Assembly: GCA_965648915.1 (NCBI GenBank)
Contig: CBFGIV010000005.1
Coordinates: 1-64,000 of the forward strand
Length of the DNA stretch: 64,000 nt
From: a candidate division WOR-3 bacterium
Lineage (GTDB): Bacteria > Hydrothermota > Tepidihabitantia > SM23-42 > CAYGYG01
Reading direction: 5' to 3'
Positions 22,807 to 33,378 of this stretch are shown in pieces. Under the pieces are notes generated by a model. The model did not search any database. It was not told the DNA's origin and saw only the letters and a list, made by a program, of their open reading frames with translations. A program made the translations under genes and the position numbers. Position 1 is the first letter of the stretch, and each line of letters begins with the position of its first letter.

Positions 22807-24567
22807 ATGATGAAAAAATTACTAATATTAACCTTTATGATTGAAACTGTCAGTGGCCTAAATTTTAAGCCAGTTTCTTATTTCGACAATGGTGTGCCTT
22901 ACAGCATGGGACGCGTAAGAGCTTTTGATTCCAATCATGATGGTTTTAATGAGCTCGTTTTTTACGGCAAACATCGTCTTGGTGAGCCATTCCGAACTGT
23001 TTTTTATAAGTATTCACCATGGAACAGATATGTCTGTGCTGATTCTTTTATGGGTTCAATAGGAATTTTGCCCTGGGCGATCGGGTATCTTGACAACGAT
23101 TCACTTACTGATCTTGTTACCACCGCCTGCAGTCTGCTGGTCTTTGAATCACCGGACTTTTATTCCTATCCTAAATCAAAAGTCTGGAGCGTGCCTGGGC
23201 GGAGTGACTCCGGTGGTTATGGACTTGGTCAGATTACCGACCTTGACCAGGACGGTAAAAGAGAAATTTTAGCTGAGCGTGCTACTCATCAGGGTTTGTT
23301 AGTAGAGATTTTTGAAAATGTTAGTGACAATCGCTATGAAAGGGTGTGGTTTGATACAAGCAAATACTGTTCTGTTTTATCTTCTGATGCCGATTTTGAC
23401 CGGGATGGTAGAAAAGAATTTTTTGCCGGTGGTGTTCTGGGTTTACCCAGTGGACCAAGTCTTGAAATCTATGAGTGTATCGGTGATAATCAATGTCAGA
23501 AAGTTTTTGAAGACAGTCTCACTTCTGCAAACAATTATGATTTAGCCATAGCAAATGACTTAGATGGTGATGGTAAACCCGAGTTCATTATTGGCGGTAA
23601 TGATCGTGGAGCTGGTGGTTCCTGGACGGGGCATTTATGGATTTATGAGGCAGTTGGTGATAATAATTATGAAATAATACTCCACGACTCTTTAACCAAT
23701 CTTCCCGGTGATAATGCTTATTTTCCTTTCAGTTATTGTGGTGATGTAGATAATGATGGTAGAGAGGAGCTTGTCTGGGCGGTGAAGAACAACTGGATGA
23801 TATACAAGGCAACCGGGAATAATACTTTTGAACGGATATTTACAGCCTACCCTGAGGGTAATGGCCGTGGCACAACGCACATTTACATCTGGGATATGAA
23901 TAAGAACGGTTATTTAGATATTATCGAATCTGGTGATGGTCGAAATCCTAATTTTTATTACGAGACCTGGGTCTGGGAGATAGAAGGGGTAAAGATCCAT
24001 CAGCCCAATGATGGCGAGGTTTTAAAGCCTGGTTCCCAATTTCCCATCACCTGGGAGAAGTTCACGCCACCCGGTGCCGATTCATTCAGTCTCTTCGTCT
24101 GTTTTGATAATGGTCGTAACTTTCGCACCATTGCGACCGGCATTCCAGCGAACGATACCCTTTATTTGTGGAATGTTCCGGATTCATTGTCCGATTCCTG
24201 TAAGATAATGATCTGGGCATACGGACCACCGAATCCGGTCACCGGCAAAATCCCTGCTGCCTGGGATTTCAGCGATACGGTATTCTCAATCAGACAGACA
24301 AAAGTAAAAGAAGATACCAGATACAGGATACAGGATGCAGGATTAAAGATTTTACAGAATCCGGCAAGAAAAGAAATCAGATTGCAGATAACAGACGGCA
24401 GTAACAAGGATACAGAAATAAAGATTTATGATGTCGGCGGGAAGAAGGTGAAGTCATTTACCGGCGGTTCTTTGCCCTCTTCTATCCCGGTAAATCCTGG
24501 TGTCTATTTTTTGCGGTTTGAATGTAAGAATAGGATAATTACAAGAAAGGTGGTGGTAATTGAATAA
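22807..24567 (+). CDS. Secreted FG-GAP/VCBS-repeat protein with C-terminal sorting-type domain
   Basis: Repeated D.D.DG..E motifs; tail IYDVGGKKV...PGVYFL...RKVVVIE. Confidence 0.85.
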   Translation: MMKKLLILTFMIETVSGLNFKPVSYFDNGVPYSMGRVRAFDSNHDGFNELVFYGKHRLGEPFRTVFYKYSPWNRYVCADSFMGSIGILPWAIGYLDNDSLTDLVTTACSLLVFESPDFYSYPKSKVWSVPGRSDSGGYGLGQITDLDQDGKREILAERATHQGLLVEIFENVSDNRYERVWFDTSKYCSVLSSDADFDRDGRKEFFAGGVLGLPSGPSLEIYECIGDNQCQKVFEDSLTSANNYDLAIANDLDGDGKPEFIIGGNDRGAGGSWTGHLWIYEAVGDNNYEIILHDSLTNLPGDNAYFPFSYCGDVDNDGREELVWAVKNNWMIYKATGNNTFERIFTAYPEGNGRGTTHIYIWDMNKNGYLDIIESGDGRNPNFYYETWVWEIEGVKIHQPNDGEVLKPGSQFPITWEKFTPPGADSFSLFVCFDNGRNFRTIATGIPANDTLYLWNVPDSLSDSCKIMIWAYGPPNPVTGKIPAAWDFSDTVFSIRQTKVKEDTRYRIQDAGLKILQNPARKEIRLQITDGSNKDTEIKIYDVGGKKVKSFTGGSLPSSIPVNPGVYFLRFECKNRIITRKVVVIE

Positions 24568-24640
24568 ACAACTCCTCAGTCAACCGCGTTATTGATAAAC
24601 CTGCAATTGACAAAACCTTACTTCTTGAATAGAATTGCCT

Positions 24641-25120
24641 ATGAAGAAACTCTGGGCGCCCTGGCGGATGGTTTATATAAATGAACCGGCCTGGAAGAGG
24701 AGCGGGTGTATCTTTTGCAATGCCTGTAAAGAAAAGAAGGATAAGAAAAATTTAATCCTCTTAAGAGGCGAAGATGCTTTTATCATTATGAATCGATTCC
24801 CTTACAGTAACGGCCATCTGATGATTGCCCCTTATCGGCATATTGGTGAGATTGGTGATCTTACTGATAAGGAGATTATCGATCTTTTTCTCATGCTCAA
24901 TCAGGGGATCACCGCGATAAAGAAGACGATGCGGCCCCAGGCATTCAATATCGGTATAAATTTAGGGCAGGTCGCCGGTGCCGGGGTTAAGGATCATATC
25001 CATATACATCTGGTGCCCCGATGGTCAGGAGATACAAACTTTATGCCGATACTGTGCGAGACCAAAGTAATATCAGAAGCTCTCAGTTGCACATACGAGA
25101 GATTGAAGAAGGTGTTGTAA
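24641..25120 (+). CDS. HIT family hydrolase (Ap4A phosphorylase-like)
   Basis: LWAPWR, CIFC, HIHIH, PRW.GD.NFM. Confidence 0.93.
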   Translation: MKKLWAPWRMVYINEPAWKRSGCIFCNACKEKKDKKNLILLRGEDAFIIMNRFPYSNGHLMIAPYRHIGEIGDLTDKEIIDLFLMLNQGITAIKKTMRPQAFNIGINLGQVAGAGVKDHIHIHLVPRWSGDTNFMPILCETKVISEALSCTYERLKKVL

Positions 25121-25148
25121 ATTTATTTGATAGTTACTTAAAGGCCTG

Positions 25149-27245
25149 ATGCCCTTGGTCAAAAAATACGGTCCATTAACTTTTGAAACCCCGGTTCAGT
25201 ACTTAAAAGGAATTGGACCCGGACGGGCCATCAGATTGGAGCGGCTGGGCATCAAAACAGTTCAGGATCTGCTCTATTTTATCCCGCGCCGGTATATCGA
25301 TTATTCGCGACTGGTTAAGATCAAAGATGTGAAGATTAAGGAAGAAGTCACAATCTCAGGGAAGGTCATTGCTGCACAGGTGAAGAAGACCAGGCGCGGA
25401 GTCAATGTCGTTATGATTGCGGTCAATGATGGAACCGGTATTATCACGGTACGGTGGTTCAATCGCCCGGATCTTAAAAAGAAATTCAAGATAAATGATA
25501 CAGTGGTTCTTTCGGGGAAGGTTAGCTATTATTATGGAAAACAGCTTGTTAATCCCAACTATGAGATTTTGAACAGCGATTGCCAGGATAGTTCGCTCTA
25601 TGCGGGTTCAGTGATTCCGGTCTATCCCCTTACTGAGGGATTAAATCTCTGGGAATTGCGGCGGGCAATAAAAGTGGCCTATGAAAGGCTGGCCGATGCT
25701 ATATCGGACAGCATACCTCAATATCTTATTGAAAAGAACCAACTGCTTAAATTAAAAGACGCCCTCTATAATCTCCACTTTCCGGAAACAATCTCGATCG
25801 GTATAGAAGCACGGAAGAGATTGGTGTATGAGGAATTATTTATCTTTGAACTGTTACTTGCTCTAAGGCGCAGGGAGGTTCTTACCAGTCAGAGGGGTTA
25901 TATAATGGTGGATAAACAAAATTTGACTCAAAGATTTCTATCAAAATTACCATTTGAATTGACCGGCAGTCAAAAGCGGGCAATCGAAGAGATCAAAAGG
26001 GATATGTCTTCACCCCATATGATGAATCGTCTGCTCCAGGGTGATGTCGGTTCGGGCAAGACGATAGTTGCGCTTTATGCAATGTTGATTGCGGTCGAAA
26101 ATGGATTTCAGGCGGCTCTTATGGCGCCGACCGAGATCCTGGCTGAACAACATTTTATCAGTTATTCAGAAAAACTAAAGGAGATTGGTGTCGATAACGA
26201 ATTGCTTACCGGCAGTATAAAAGGGAAGCGGCGTAATGAAATTCTTGAAGGCATAAGGTCCGGTGATATCAAGATGGTCTTCGGGACCCACGCCCTGATT
26301 GAGAAGGATGTCGAATTTCATAATCTGGGTCTGGCCGTGGTTGATGAACAGCATCGCTTCGGTGTTGTTCAGCGCGCAACTCTGGCCAATAAGGGTATTA
26401 CCCCGGATTTCTTAGTTATGACCGCAACTCCTATCCCCAGGACATTATCGATGACCATCTATGGAGACCTGGATATTTCAACGCTCGACGAAAAGCCGCC
26501 CGGACGAAAACCAACTGTTACAAAACTCATCAGATATCAGGAAAGGGCTGAGGTTTACCAATTTATCAGAAAGAAGATTAATGAAAAGTTCCAGGTCTTT
26601 ATGGTTTATCCAATAATTGAGGAATCAGAAAAGGTAGATCTCAGGTCGGCGACAGATGCCTATAATGAAATTAGCAGTATCTTCAAGGAATTTCGAATTG
26701 GACTAATCCATGGTCGAATGAATAATCAACAGCAGATGCAGGTTATGGAAGATTTTCGGTCCGGAGGAATCGATATCCTGGTTTCAACGACGGTAATTGA
26801 AGTTGGTGTTGACATTCCCAATGCAGTCATTATGGTGATTGAGCACCCGGAACGTTTTGGTCTTGCCCAGCTCCACCAACTCCGGGGACGGGTTGGACGG
26901 GGTGGTGAGGAGTCTTTCTGTTTTCTCTTGCTGGATCGCTGGGTTCCGGCCGAGACCTATGAACGTTTGCATTATTTTGAGAAAAATGACAATGGTTTCC
27001 ATCTGGCCGAAAAAGACCTGGAGATTAGAGGCCCGGGTGAAATACTGGGTGAGCGTCAGCACGGCCTGTCCGATTTGCACTTTGCTGATTTAATAAATGA
27101 TATCGATCTGCTTAAAAAAGCACGTGATGACGCCTTTGAGCTGGTTAAAACCGACTCTGGTCTGGAGCGTTTCGAACATCGCTCGTTGAAAAATTTGATT
27201 GTCCGAAAATATTGGGATCGGCTGAATCTGTCCCGGATCGGGTAA
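25149..27245 (+). CDS. recG: ATP-dependent DNA helicase RecG
   Basis: RLLQGDVGSGKT, DEQHRFG, MTATPIPRT, QLHQLRGRVGRG. Confidence 0.98.
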   Translation: MPLVKKYGPLTFETPVQYLKGIGPGRAIRLERLGIKTVQDLLYFIPRRYIDYSRLVKIKDVKIKEEVTISGKVIAAQVKKTRRGVNVVMIAVNDGTGIITVRWFNRPDLKKKFKINDTVVLSGKVSYYYGKQLVNPNYEILNSDCQDSSLYAGSVIPVYPLTEGLNLWELRRAIKVAYERLADAISDSIPQYLIEKNQLLKLKDALYNLHFPETISIGIEARKRLVYEELFIFELLLALRRREVLTSQRGYIMVDKQNLTQRFLSKLPFELTGSQKRAIEEIKRDMSSPHMMNRLLQGDVGSGKTIVALYAMLIAVENGFQAALMAPTEILAEQHFISYSEKLKEIGVDNELLTGSIKGKRRNEILEGIRSGDIKMVFGTHALIEKDVEFHNLGLAVVDEQHRFGVVQRATLANKGITPDFLVMTATPIPRTLSMTIYGDLDISTLDEKPPGRKPTVTKLIRYQERAEVYQFIRKKINEKFQVFMVYPIIEESEKVDLRSATDAYNEISSIFKEFRIGLIHGRMNNQQQMQVMEDFRSGGIDILVSTTVIEVGVDIPNAVIMVIEHPERFGLAQLHQLRGRVGRGGEESFCFLLLDRWVPAETYERLHYFEKNDNGFHLAEKDLEIRGPGEILGERQHGLSDLHFADLINDIDLLKKARDDAFELVKTDSGLERFEHRSLKNLIVRKYWDRLNLSRIG

Positions 27246-27308
27246 GAGAAAAATTTAAAGGTTGACAAATCTATCTTTATGATTAAAATTATATTGTGTG
27301 GAGGATAA

Positions 27309-28544
27309 ATGGCCGAAACTGATTTTGGCGAAATTGAAAGGCTGAACGAGAAGTTAAGGCGTGATCCGAAATCGAGAATTTTTGCTCAGCTGGCCGATGC
27401 CTATCGGAGAAACGGAATGGTTGATGAGGCACTTGAGGTTTTAAAAACTGGACTTGATGTTCATCCCAATTATGCCACCGCCCATCTCGTGCTGGCACGC
27501 TGTTATATAGATAAACATCTCCACGAAATGGCTAAAGATTCGCTGAAGAAAGTTGTCACACTTGATCCCCAGTCTATGGTAGGCTACAGACTGCTGGCTC
27601 AAATCTGTGAGAAATTGGGCGATGAGAATGATTTAATCCTCGCCTATAAAGGAATAACTGCTCTTGATCAAACAGATGTTGAGACCAAAAAGAAACTCGA
27701 AGAATTACTCAAAAAGAAGGCTGAAGAAGATGTCCTTGCTTCACTCTCTCTTGCGCGAGAGTATGAAAATCAGGGATATTTTGAAAAAGCGTTAGAGATT
27801 TATAAGAAACTCTCGTATCATGACCCGGGTGATATCGAACTTCAGAACAAAGTTAAAGAACTTTCTGATAAGGTGATGAAAGTGGCAACCAAGGAACCAG
27901 AGGTTGTTAAGGTTGAAGGCTTGGAGACGACGGTAACTTTTGAGCCGACAGTTACGACCGAGGTCGAAGAGGATAAACTTGATAAGTTACCACCACTTGA
28001 AGAATTACTGCCGACCGAGAAGAAGGTGGAGGAGTTCATACCTGAAGCAAAACCAGAAAAGGCGGTTGAGCCAGCAGCTGAAGTTTTAATACCGGAGCCT
28101 GAAAAAGAAGAGATAAAACCAGTGGTTGAAACTAAGATTCAAGAACCGGTTATCGAGAAGGTTGAAGAGATCCAGGAAATTACAAAAGAGATATCTGAGG
28201 TAAAACCCGAAGGAGAAAAAGAGGCGGTTGAGATTACACCTCTCGAGACCCTGCTCGAAAAGAGTGAGCCGACACCATCGGTGGCAGAGCAGCCGGTAAA
28301 ATTAGATAAGGAAGAGATATCAGAGATCGATAAATTTTTAGCAACACCTGAAGAAAAGCCTGAGGCGAGCAAACCCGAGGAGCCAGTTTCTTCATTAGAG
28401 AGTTTACTCAAGGAAGAGCCTAAAGAAAAGCAACCCAAGTCTGAGGTTGAACCGCAGAAGCCACCGGTTGAGAAGCCATCAGAGCGTCCTAAAGGAGATG
28501 ATTTTCAGTCATTCCAGGAATGGCTTTCTGGACTACTAAAATGA
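27309..28544 (+). CDS. TPR protein with long acidic low-complexity tail
   Basis: [19 protein letters not shown]-terminus, E/K/P-rich linker, terminal FQEWL helix. Confidence 0.8.
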   Translation: MAETDFGEIERLNEKLRRDPKSRIFAQLADAYRRNGMVDEALEVLKTGLDVHPNYATAHLVLARCYIDKHLHEMAKDSLKKVVTLDPQSMVGYRLLAQICEKLGDENDLILAYKGITALDQTDVETKKKLEELLKKKAEEDVLASLSLAREYENQGYFEKALEIYKKLSYHDPGDIELQNKVKELSDKVMKVATKEPEVVKVEGLETTVTFEPTVTTEVEEDKLDKLPPLEELLPTEKKVEEFIPEAKPEKAVEPAAEVLIPEPEKEEIKPVVETKIQEPVIEKVEEIQEITKEISEVKPEGEKEAVEITPLETLLEKSEPTPSVAEQPVKLDKEEISEIDKFLATPEEKPEASKPEEPVSSLESLLKEEPKEKQPKSEVEPQKPPVEKPSERPKGDDFQSFQEWLSGLLK

Positions 28545-29014
28545 ACTTAGATGAACTTGAACGGATAATTCGTCTGGTGGAAAAAAGCGAGATTGCGGAA
28601 CTGGAGATTACCCGATTTGGCCAGAAGATCCGGATCTCTAAGAATTCTAATGTGATGTCGGTGAAAACTGAGCGCAAGGAACCGTCCACGATTGAAGTGA
28701 ATCTCGGATCATCCCCGGTCGAGAAATCAGTCGATAAAAAGGAAGAGAAGGTGATTGAGGAGCGACCAAAGAATGTGGTTGCGATTACTTCTCCGATCGT
28801 CGGGACTTTCTATCGGGCACCAGCGCCCGATGCTCCACCCTATGTTGAGGTTGGCGATATTGTTAAACCCGGACAGGTGGTTTGTATTGTTGAGGCAATG
28901 AAATTAATGAATGAGATTGAATCAGAGGTAGCTGGCAAGATTATTAAGATCTGTGTAAAGAATGAAGAACCGGTAGAATATGGTCAGGAACTTTTTTTAT
29001 TGGAGCCAATGTAG
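28541..29014 (+). CDS. accB: Biotin carboxyl carrier protein
   Basis: [24 protein letters not shown] overlap. Confidence 0.96.
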   Translation: MNLDELERIIRLVEKSEIAELEITRFGQKIRISKNSNVMSVKTERKEPSTIEVNLGSSPVEKSVDKKEEKVIEERPKNVVAITSPIVGTFYRAPAPDAPPYVEVGDIVKPGQVVCIVEAMKLMNEIESEVAGKIIKICVKNEEPVEYGQELFLLEPM

Positions 29015-29032
29015 GCATAACCGGGAGAAGAT

Positions 29033-30142
29033 ATGGATCTTAAACTTCTTTTAGAAAAAATGATTAAGGTGAATGCTTCAGATTTGCATCTGAAGTCGGG
29101 GTGTCCACCGGTCTTCAGGATTGATGGTCGATTGATTGTTGAAAAGGCTGATACGTTGACGCCTGAAATATTAAAACAGATGGCGTTTCAGATTATGACC
29201 CCGGAACAGCAGGAATATTTCCAGAAGGCAAAGGAACTTGACTGTGCTATTGGAGTTAGAGGTATTGGCCGCTTTCGTGTTAATATCTTTTTGCAGCGGG
29301 GGAGTGTTGCTATTGCAATGCGTGCCATTCCTCTCTCGGTAAAACGTATTGATGAATTGAACCTTCCCTTGATATTAAAAGATTTAGCCCTGAAACAGAG
29401 AGGTCTTATTATTTGCACCGGGACAACAGGGAGCGGGAAATCGACGACTCTGGCGGCGATGATTGAGCATATTAATGAAAATCAAGCCCGGCACATAATT
29501 ACGATTGAAGACCCGATTGAATATCTCTTTAGAAACAATAAATCGATCATCAGTCAGCGGGAAGTGGGCATGGATACGCTCTCATTTTCCGTGGCACTGA
29601 AACATGTTATGCGCCAGGATCCAGATGTTATCCTGATTGGTGAGATCCGTGATCGGGAGACAATGGATACAGCACTTAAAGCGGCTGACACCGGTCATCT
29701 CGTTCTCTCGACCCTCCATACCTTGAATGCTACAGAGACGATAAACCGAATTATATCTTTCTACCCGCCCCATCAACATGAACATATCAGGGTGCTTTTG
29801 GCAGCAACTATGGTCGGGGTATGTTCGTTGAGATTATTACCCCGGGCAGATGGTAAGGGAAGAATCCCAGCAGTTGAAGTGATGATTGCGACGCCCACGA
29901 TAAAAGAGTATCTCCTCGATCCGGTTAAGACCCTAATGATTCAATCGGCAATTGAAGAGGGTTATGCCCAGTATGGGATGCAGACTTTTGATCAATCGAT
30001 TTTTAAGTTATACAAAGATGGATTGATAACCTATGACGATGCCCTCCAGGCGGTCTCCAACCCTGATGAGTTTAAATTAAGACTTGTTGGAATTGAAGCG
30101 ACCGCCGAACGTGGTTGGCAACCTTTTGAATCCGCCAAGTAA
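29033..30142 (+). CDS. pilT: PilT/PilU family type IV pilus retraction ATPase
   Basis: [53 protein letters not shown]. Confidence 0.92.
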   Translation: MDLKLLLEKMIKVNASDLHLKSGCPPVFRIDGRLIVEKADTLTPEILKQMAFQIMTPEQQEYFQKAKELDCAIGVRGIGRFRVNIFLQRGSVAIAMRAIPLSVKRIDELNLPLILKDLALKQRGLIICTGTTGSGKSTTLAAMIEHINENQARHIITIEDPIEYLFRNNKSIISQREVGMDTLSFSVALKHVMRQDPDVILIGEIRDRETMDTALKAADTGHLVLSTLHTLNATETINRIISFYPPHQHEHIRVLLAATMVGVCSLRLLPRADGKGRIPAVEVMIATPTIKEYLLDPVKTLMIQSAIEEGYAQYGMQTFDQSIFKLYKDGLITYDDALQAVSNPDEFKLRLVGIEATAERGWQPFESAK

Positions 30143-31524
30143 TGTTTAAAAAAATACTGATCGCCAACCGCGGCGAGATTGCACTGAGAATAATCCGTGC
30201 AGCAAAAGAGTTGGGAATTAAGACCGTCGCAGTATATTCTGAGATCGATAGCGTTTCTCTTCCAACCAGATTTGCTGATGAAAGCGTTTGTATCGGACCG
30301 CCTCCGGCCCGTGAGAGTTATTTAAATATCCCCCGGATTATATCCGCCGCCGAAGTAACCGGGGCTGATGCAATTCATCCCGGATATGGTTTTTTAGCCG
30401 AGAATGCTGAGTTTGCTGAAATTTGTGCCTCCTGTAAAATTACGTTTATCGGCCCGACCCCGGAACAGATCAGAGCGATGGGAGATAAAGTGCTGGCGAA
30501 GAGAACAATGGAACAAGCCGGTGTTCCGGTAATACCCGGTTCCGAAGGCGAGATTACTACGCTTAAGGAAGCAAAAGATTTTGTTCATAACATAGGTCTC
30601 CCGGTTATACTTAAAGCCGCAGCCGGCGGAGGAGGTAAGGGGATGAGGATTGTCCGAAGTATTGATGAATTGGATGCAGGATTTCGACTGGCGCAGGCTG
30701 AGGCGCGGGCGGCATTCAATGATGAAAGAATCTACATAGAAAAGTTTATTGAGAATCCCCGGCATATTGAGGTCCAGATTATAGGTGACCGGCACGGAAA
30801 TATTGTTCATCTCGGCGAGCGCGAATGTTCGATTCAGCGCCGCCATCAGAAGTTGATCGAAGAGACACCGTCGCCGATAGTCGATGACGATTTAAGAAAA
30901 AAGCTGGGAGAAGCGGCTGTGGCCGGAGCCAGGTCGATTGGATATTCATCAGTCGGCACGATCGAATTTTTGTTAGATATGGATCGGAATTTCTATTTTA
31001 TGGAGATGAATACCCGGGTTCAGGTGGAACATCCTGTTACGGAAGCGGTGAGCGGGGTTGATATTGTTAAGGAACAGATCAAGATCGCTGCCGGAGAACG
31101 CATTGGATTCAAACAGAAAGATATAAATTTGAATGGGCACGCAATCGAATGTCGGATTAATGCTGAAGACCCGGAGCGTGATTTTGTCCCCACGCCGGGT
31201 TTGATAAATTTTCTCCACCTGCCGGGAGGACCAGGGATCAGGGTCGATACCCATGTCTATGCAGGTTATAAGATACCACCTTTTTACGATTCAATTATTG
31301 CTAAAATTATAAGTTATGACAAAACCCGAATTGATACGATTAGACGGTTACGAAGGGCGCTCGAAGAGATTTATATTGATGGGATTAAGACGACCGTTCC
31401 TTTCCATCTTTTGGTCTTAAAAGACGAAGACTTTATTGAAGGTCGATTTTCGACATCATTTGTTGATGAATTGATTAAAAAGGGACTGTTAAAGAAAGAG
31501 AATGAAAGCAGGGAGGCGCGGTGA
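30142..31524 (+). CDS. accC: Biotin carboxylase
   Basis: [39 protein letters not shown]. Confidence 0.97.
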   Translation: MFKKILIANRGEIALRIIRAAKELGIKTVAVYSEIDSVSLPTRFADESVCIGPPPARESYLNIPRIISAAEVTGADAIHPGYGFLAENAEFAEICASCKITFIGPTPEQIRAMGDKVLAKRTMEQAGVPVIPGSEGEITTLKEAKDFVHNIGLPVILKAAAGGGGKGMRIVRSIDELDAGFRLAQAEARAAFNDERIYIEKFIENPRHIEVQIIGDRHGNIVHLGERECSIQRRHQKLIEETPSPIVDDDLRKKLGEAAVAGARSIGYSSVGTIEFLLDMDRNFYFMEMNTRVQVEHPVTEAVSGVDIVKEQIKIAAGERIGFKQKDINLNGHAIECRINAEDPERDFVPTPGLINFLHLPGGPGIRVDTHVYAGYKIPPFYDSIIAKIISYDKTRIDTIRRLRRALEEIYIDGIKTTVPFHLLVLKDEDFIEGRFSTSFVDELIKKGLLKKENESREAR

Positions 31525-31664
31525 TTCGCAATAAATACCTTTTTATGTTTCTGGGGATACTCTTAGGTTTACTTTTTGGAATTATCGGCTTCTGGAAGAC
31601 GATACTGATTATTATTCTCGGTCTCATCGGATACATAATTGGTTTTTATTTTGAGCGACAGTGA
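31521..31664 (+). CDS. DUF2273-like small membrane protein (47 aa, absent from the ORF track)
   Basis: [59 protein letters not shown] overlaps at both ends; GFWKT motif. Confidence 0.85.
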   Translation: MIRNKYLFMFLGILLGLLFGIIGFWKTILIIILGLIGYIIGFYFERQ

Positions 31665-32692
31665 AAGCCCCCTGGCGCATTATTGATGTGAACTTTAACC
31701 GGCTCTTTGAAGGGTTGAAGATTATTGAGGATCTTGTTCGATTCCATCTTGAAGACAAGCGACTGTTAGTTACTGTGCGCCGGATCCGGGGGTTAGTCCG
31801 GGAAGCATATGAAATACTACCTGTTCAAAAAATCTTAAAATGGAGGGCAAGTCAGACTGATCTCGGTCGAGTGGCTTCTTTTGATCGGACTCCTCGCCGA
31901 AATATTGATGATCTGGTAACCGCCAATATGACTCGCCTTAAAGAAGCAGCGCGCAGCCTTGAGGAGTGGGTAAAGATTAATCGTCAGGGTTTCGGGAGGT
32001 TTAAGCAGATACGTTTCTTAATTTATGACTTAGAAAAGGATCTTTTACTTGTCTTGACTAAAAAATTCGACCCTCGATTTTATGTTGTGCTTGATGAAAA
32101 GTATATCTCGCGGATAGAGATCGAGCGTTTTATAAAATCTCTTGAAGCGGCAGGGGCTGGATTACTACAATTAAGAATAAAATCCTTCACGGATCGGGAA
32201 TATTACCGCCTGGCGGTAAGGATCCGACGGTTGGTCAATAGTAAAAAAATAAAATTTATCATCAACGATCGACTTGATATTGCTCTGGCAACGGATGCGG
32301 ACGGTGTTCACCTCGGGCAGAGCGATCTTCCCCTCACAAAGGTGAGGGCTATGGCTCATCATCTGATCATTGGTCAATCAGTTGATAATCTTAGCGAAGC
32401 GCGGCGAGCAGAAAAAGAAGGGGCTGATTACATTGCAATCGGTAGTATCTATCCGACGCCAACCAAGCCGGATGCAGTCTTGATCGGACTGGATATGTTA
32501 AGGAAGGTCTCAAAATCAGTTAATATCCCGGTCATAGCCATCGGAGGCATAAATTTAAGCCGGGTACGTTCGGTATTTAAGTATGGTGCGGACGGTATCG
32601 CCGTCGCTTCAGCAATTTTTGAAGGTGATGTTGAGAGGAACTTAAGGGGTTTTGGTAAAGCGATAGCAAGTGTCGCCCTGTCTAAAAGTTAG
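31661..32692 (+). CDS. thiE: Thiamine-phosphate synthase with N-terminal helical extension (ThiD2-like)
   Basis: RIIDVNFNR..EGL..IED N-domain; QLR.K, INDRLD, GVHLGQSD, TPTK, AIGGI. Confidence 0.92.
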   Translation: MKAPWRIIDVNFNRLFEGLKIIEDLVRFHLEDKRLLVTVRRIRGLVREAYEILPVQKILKWRASQTDLGRVASFDRTPRRNIDDLVTANMTRLKEAARSLEEWVKINRQGFGRFKQIRFLIYDLEKDLLLVLTKKFDPRFYVVLDEKYISRIEIERFIKSLEAAGAGLLQLRIKSFTDREYYRLAVRIRRLVNSKKIKFIINDRLDIALATDADGVHLGQSDLPLTKVRAMAHHLIIGQSVDNLSEARRAEKEGADYIAIGSIYPTPTKPDAVLIGLDMLRKVSKSVNIPVIAIGGINLSRVRSVFKYGADGIAVASAIFEGDVERNLRGFGKAIASVALSKS

Positions 32693-32703
32693 CCAAAAGA
32701 GGA

Positions 32704-32775
32704 TGGCCCCAACGGGAGTCGAACCCGTACCTCCACCTTGAAAGAGTGATGTCCTAACCACTAGACGATGGGGCC
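32704..32775 (-). tRNA. tRNA-Glu(TTC)
   Basis: GGCCCCA/TGGGGCC acceptor stem, loop CTTTCAA, TTCGA T-loop; CCA not encoded. Confidence 0.9.
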
Positions 32776-33302
32776 TTGTGGGAAAGGATATAGAGTCTTC
32801 GAAATTCTTCGTTATCGACGATCGCCCGGTTTATGAGGAAATAATTCTCCAGATTCTTGTTACTGTTGATAATCCGCTCAGATAGGATTTCACCGATGGC
32901 CAGAAGTAATTTGGCGGCGACCCTGTGATTATTTTCATAAATGTCTATCAGGTCCTGTTTCTTCATTACCAGAAACTGGCAGTCGGTTTTAGTCTTGACC
33001 GTTGCTGATCGCGTCTTCTCCGTAAGCAGAGCCATCTCACCAAAGAAAGAAGGTTCTTTAAGTTCCGCAAGCAGGATGGTTATTTCACCCCGCGTCAGAT
33101 AGACCTCGACGGTTCCGGATTCAATTAGAAAGAGTTCATCCCCCTGCGATCCTTCCTTAAAGAGAATGGTGTCTTTTTCAACTGTGCGTTTTTTAAATTT
33201 TGCCAGGACAACACCCAGTTCTTCTTTAGAAAGGTACTTAAAGAGCGCTATCTTCTTTTCAAAGATGTCATCAACCATATTTTTTTTAGTTCGGACACTC
33301 AT
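32754..33302 (-). CDS. Cyclic nucleotide-binding domain protein (no HTH)
   Basis: LFKEG, FFGEMALL, RSATV. Confidence 0.9.
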   Translation of the reverse strand: MSVRTKKNMVDDIFEKKIALFKYLSKEELGVVLAKFKKRTVEKDTILFKEGSQGDELFLIESGTVEVYLTRGEITILLAELKEPSFFGEMALLTEKTRSATVKTKTDCQFLVMKKQDLIDIYENNHRVAAKLLLAIGEILSERIINSNKNLENYFLINRAIVDNEEFRRLYILSHKAPSSSG

Positions 33303-33378
33303 GGTATAATTATATTTAAGAAAGTTATCCTGTCAATGATTTTTTGGCTAATTTTTCGACCCGGTGGCTCACCTCTGG

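Noticed and set aside
19196..24567. Possible diversity-generating retroelement or CRISPR array
   Set aside because: No reverse transcriptase, no TR/VR pair differing at adenines and no regularly spaced repeats detected by eye
27900..28500. Repetitive E/K/P-rich DNA and antisense Ser-rich ORFs
   Set aside because: Low-complexity protein linker, not a DNA repeat array
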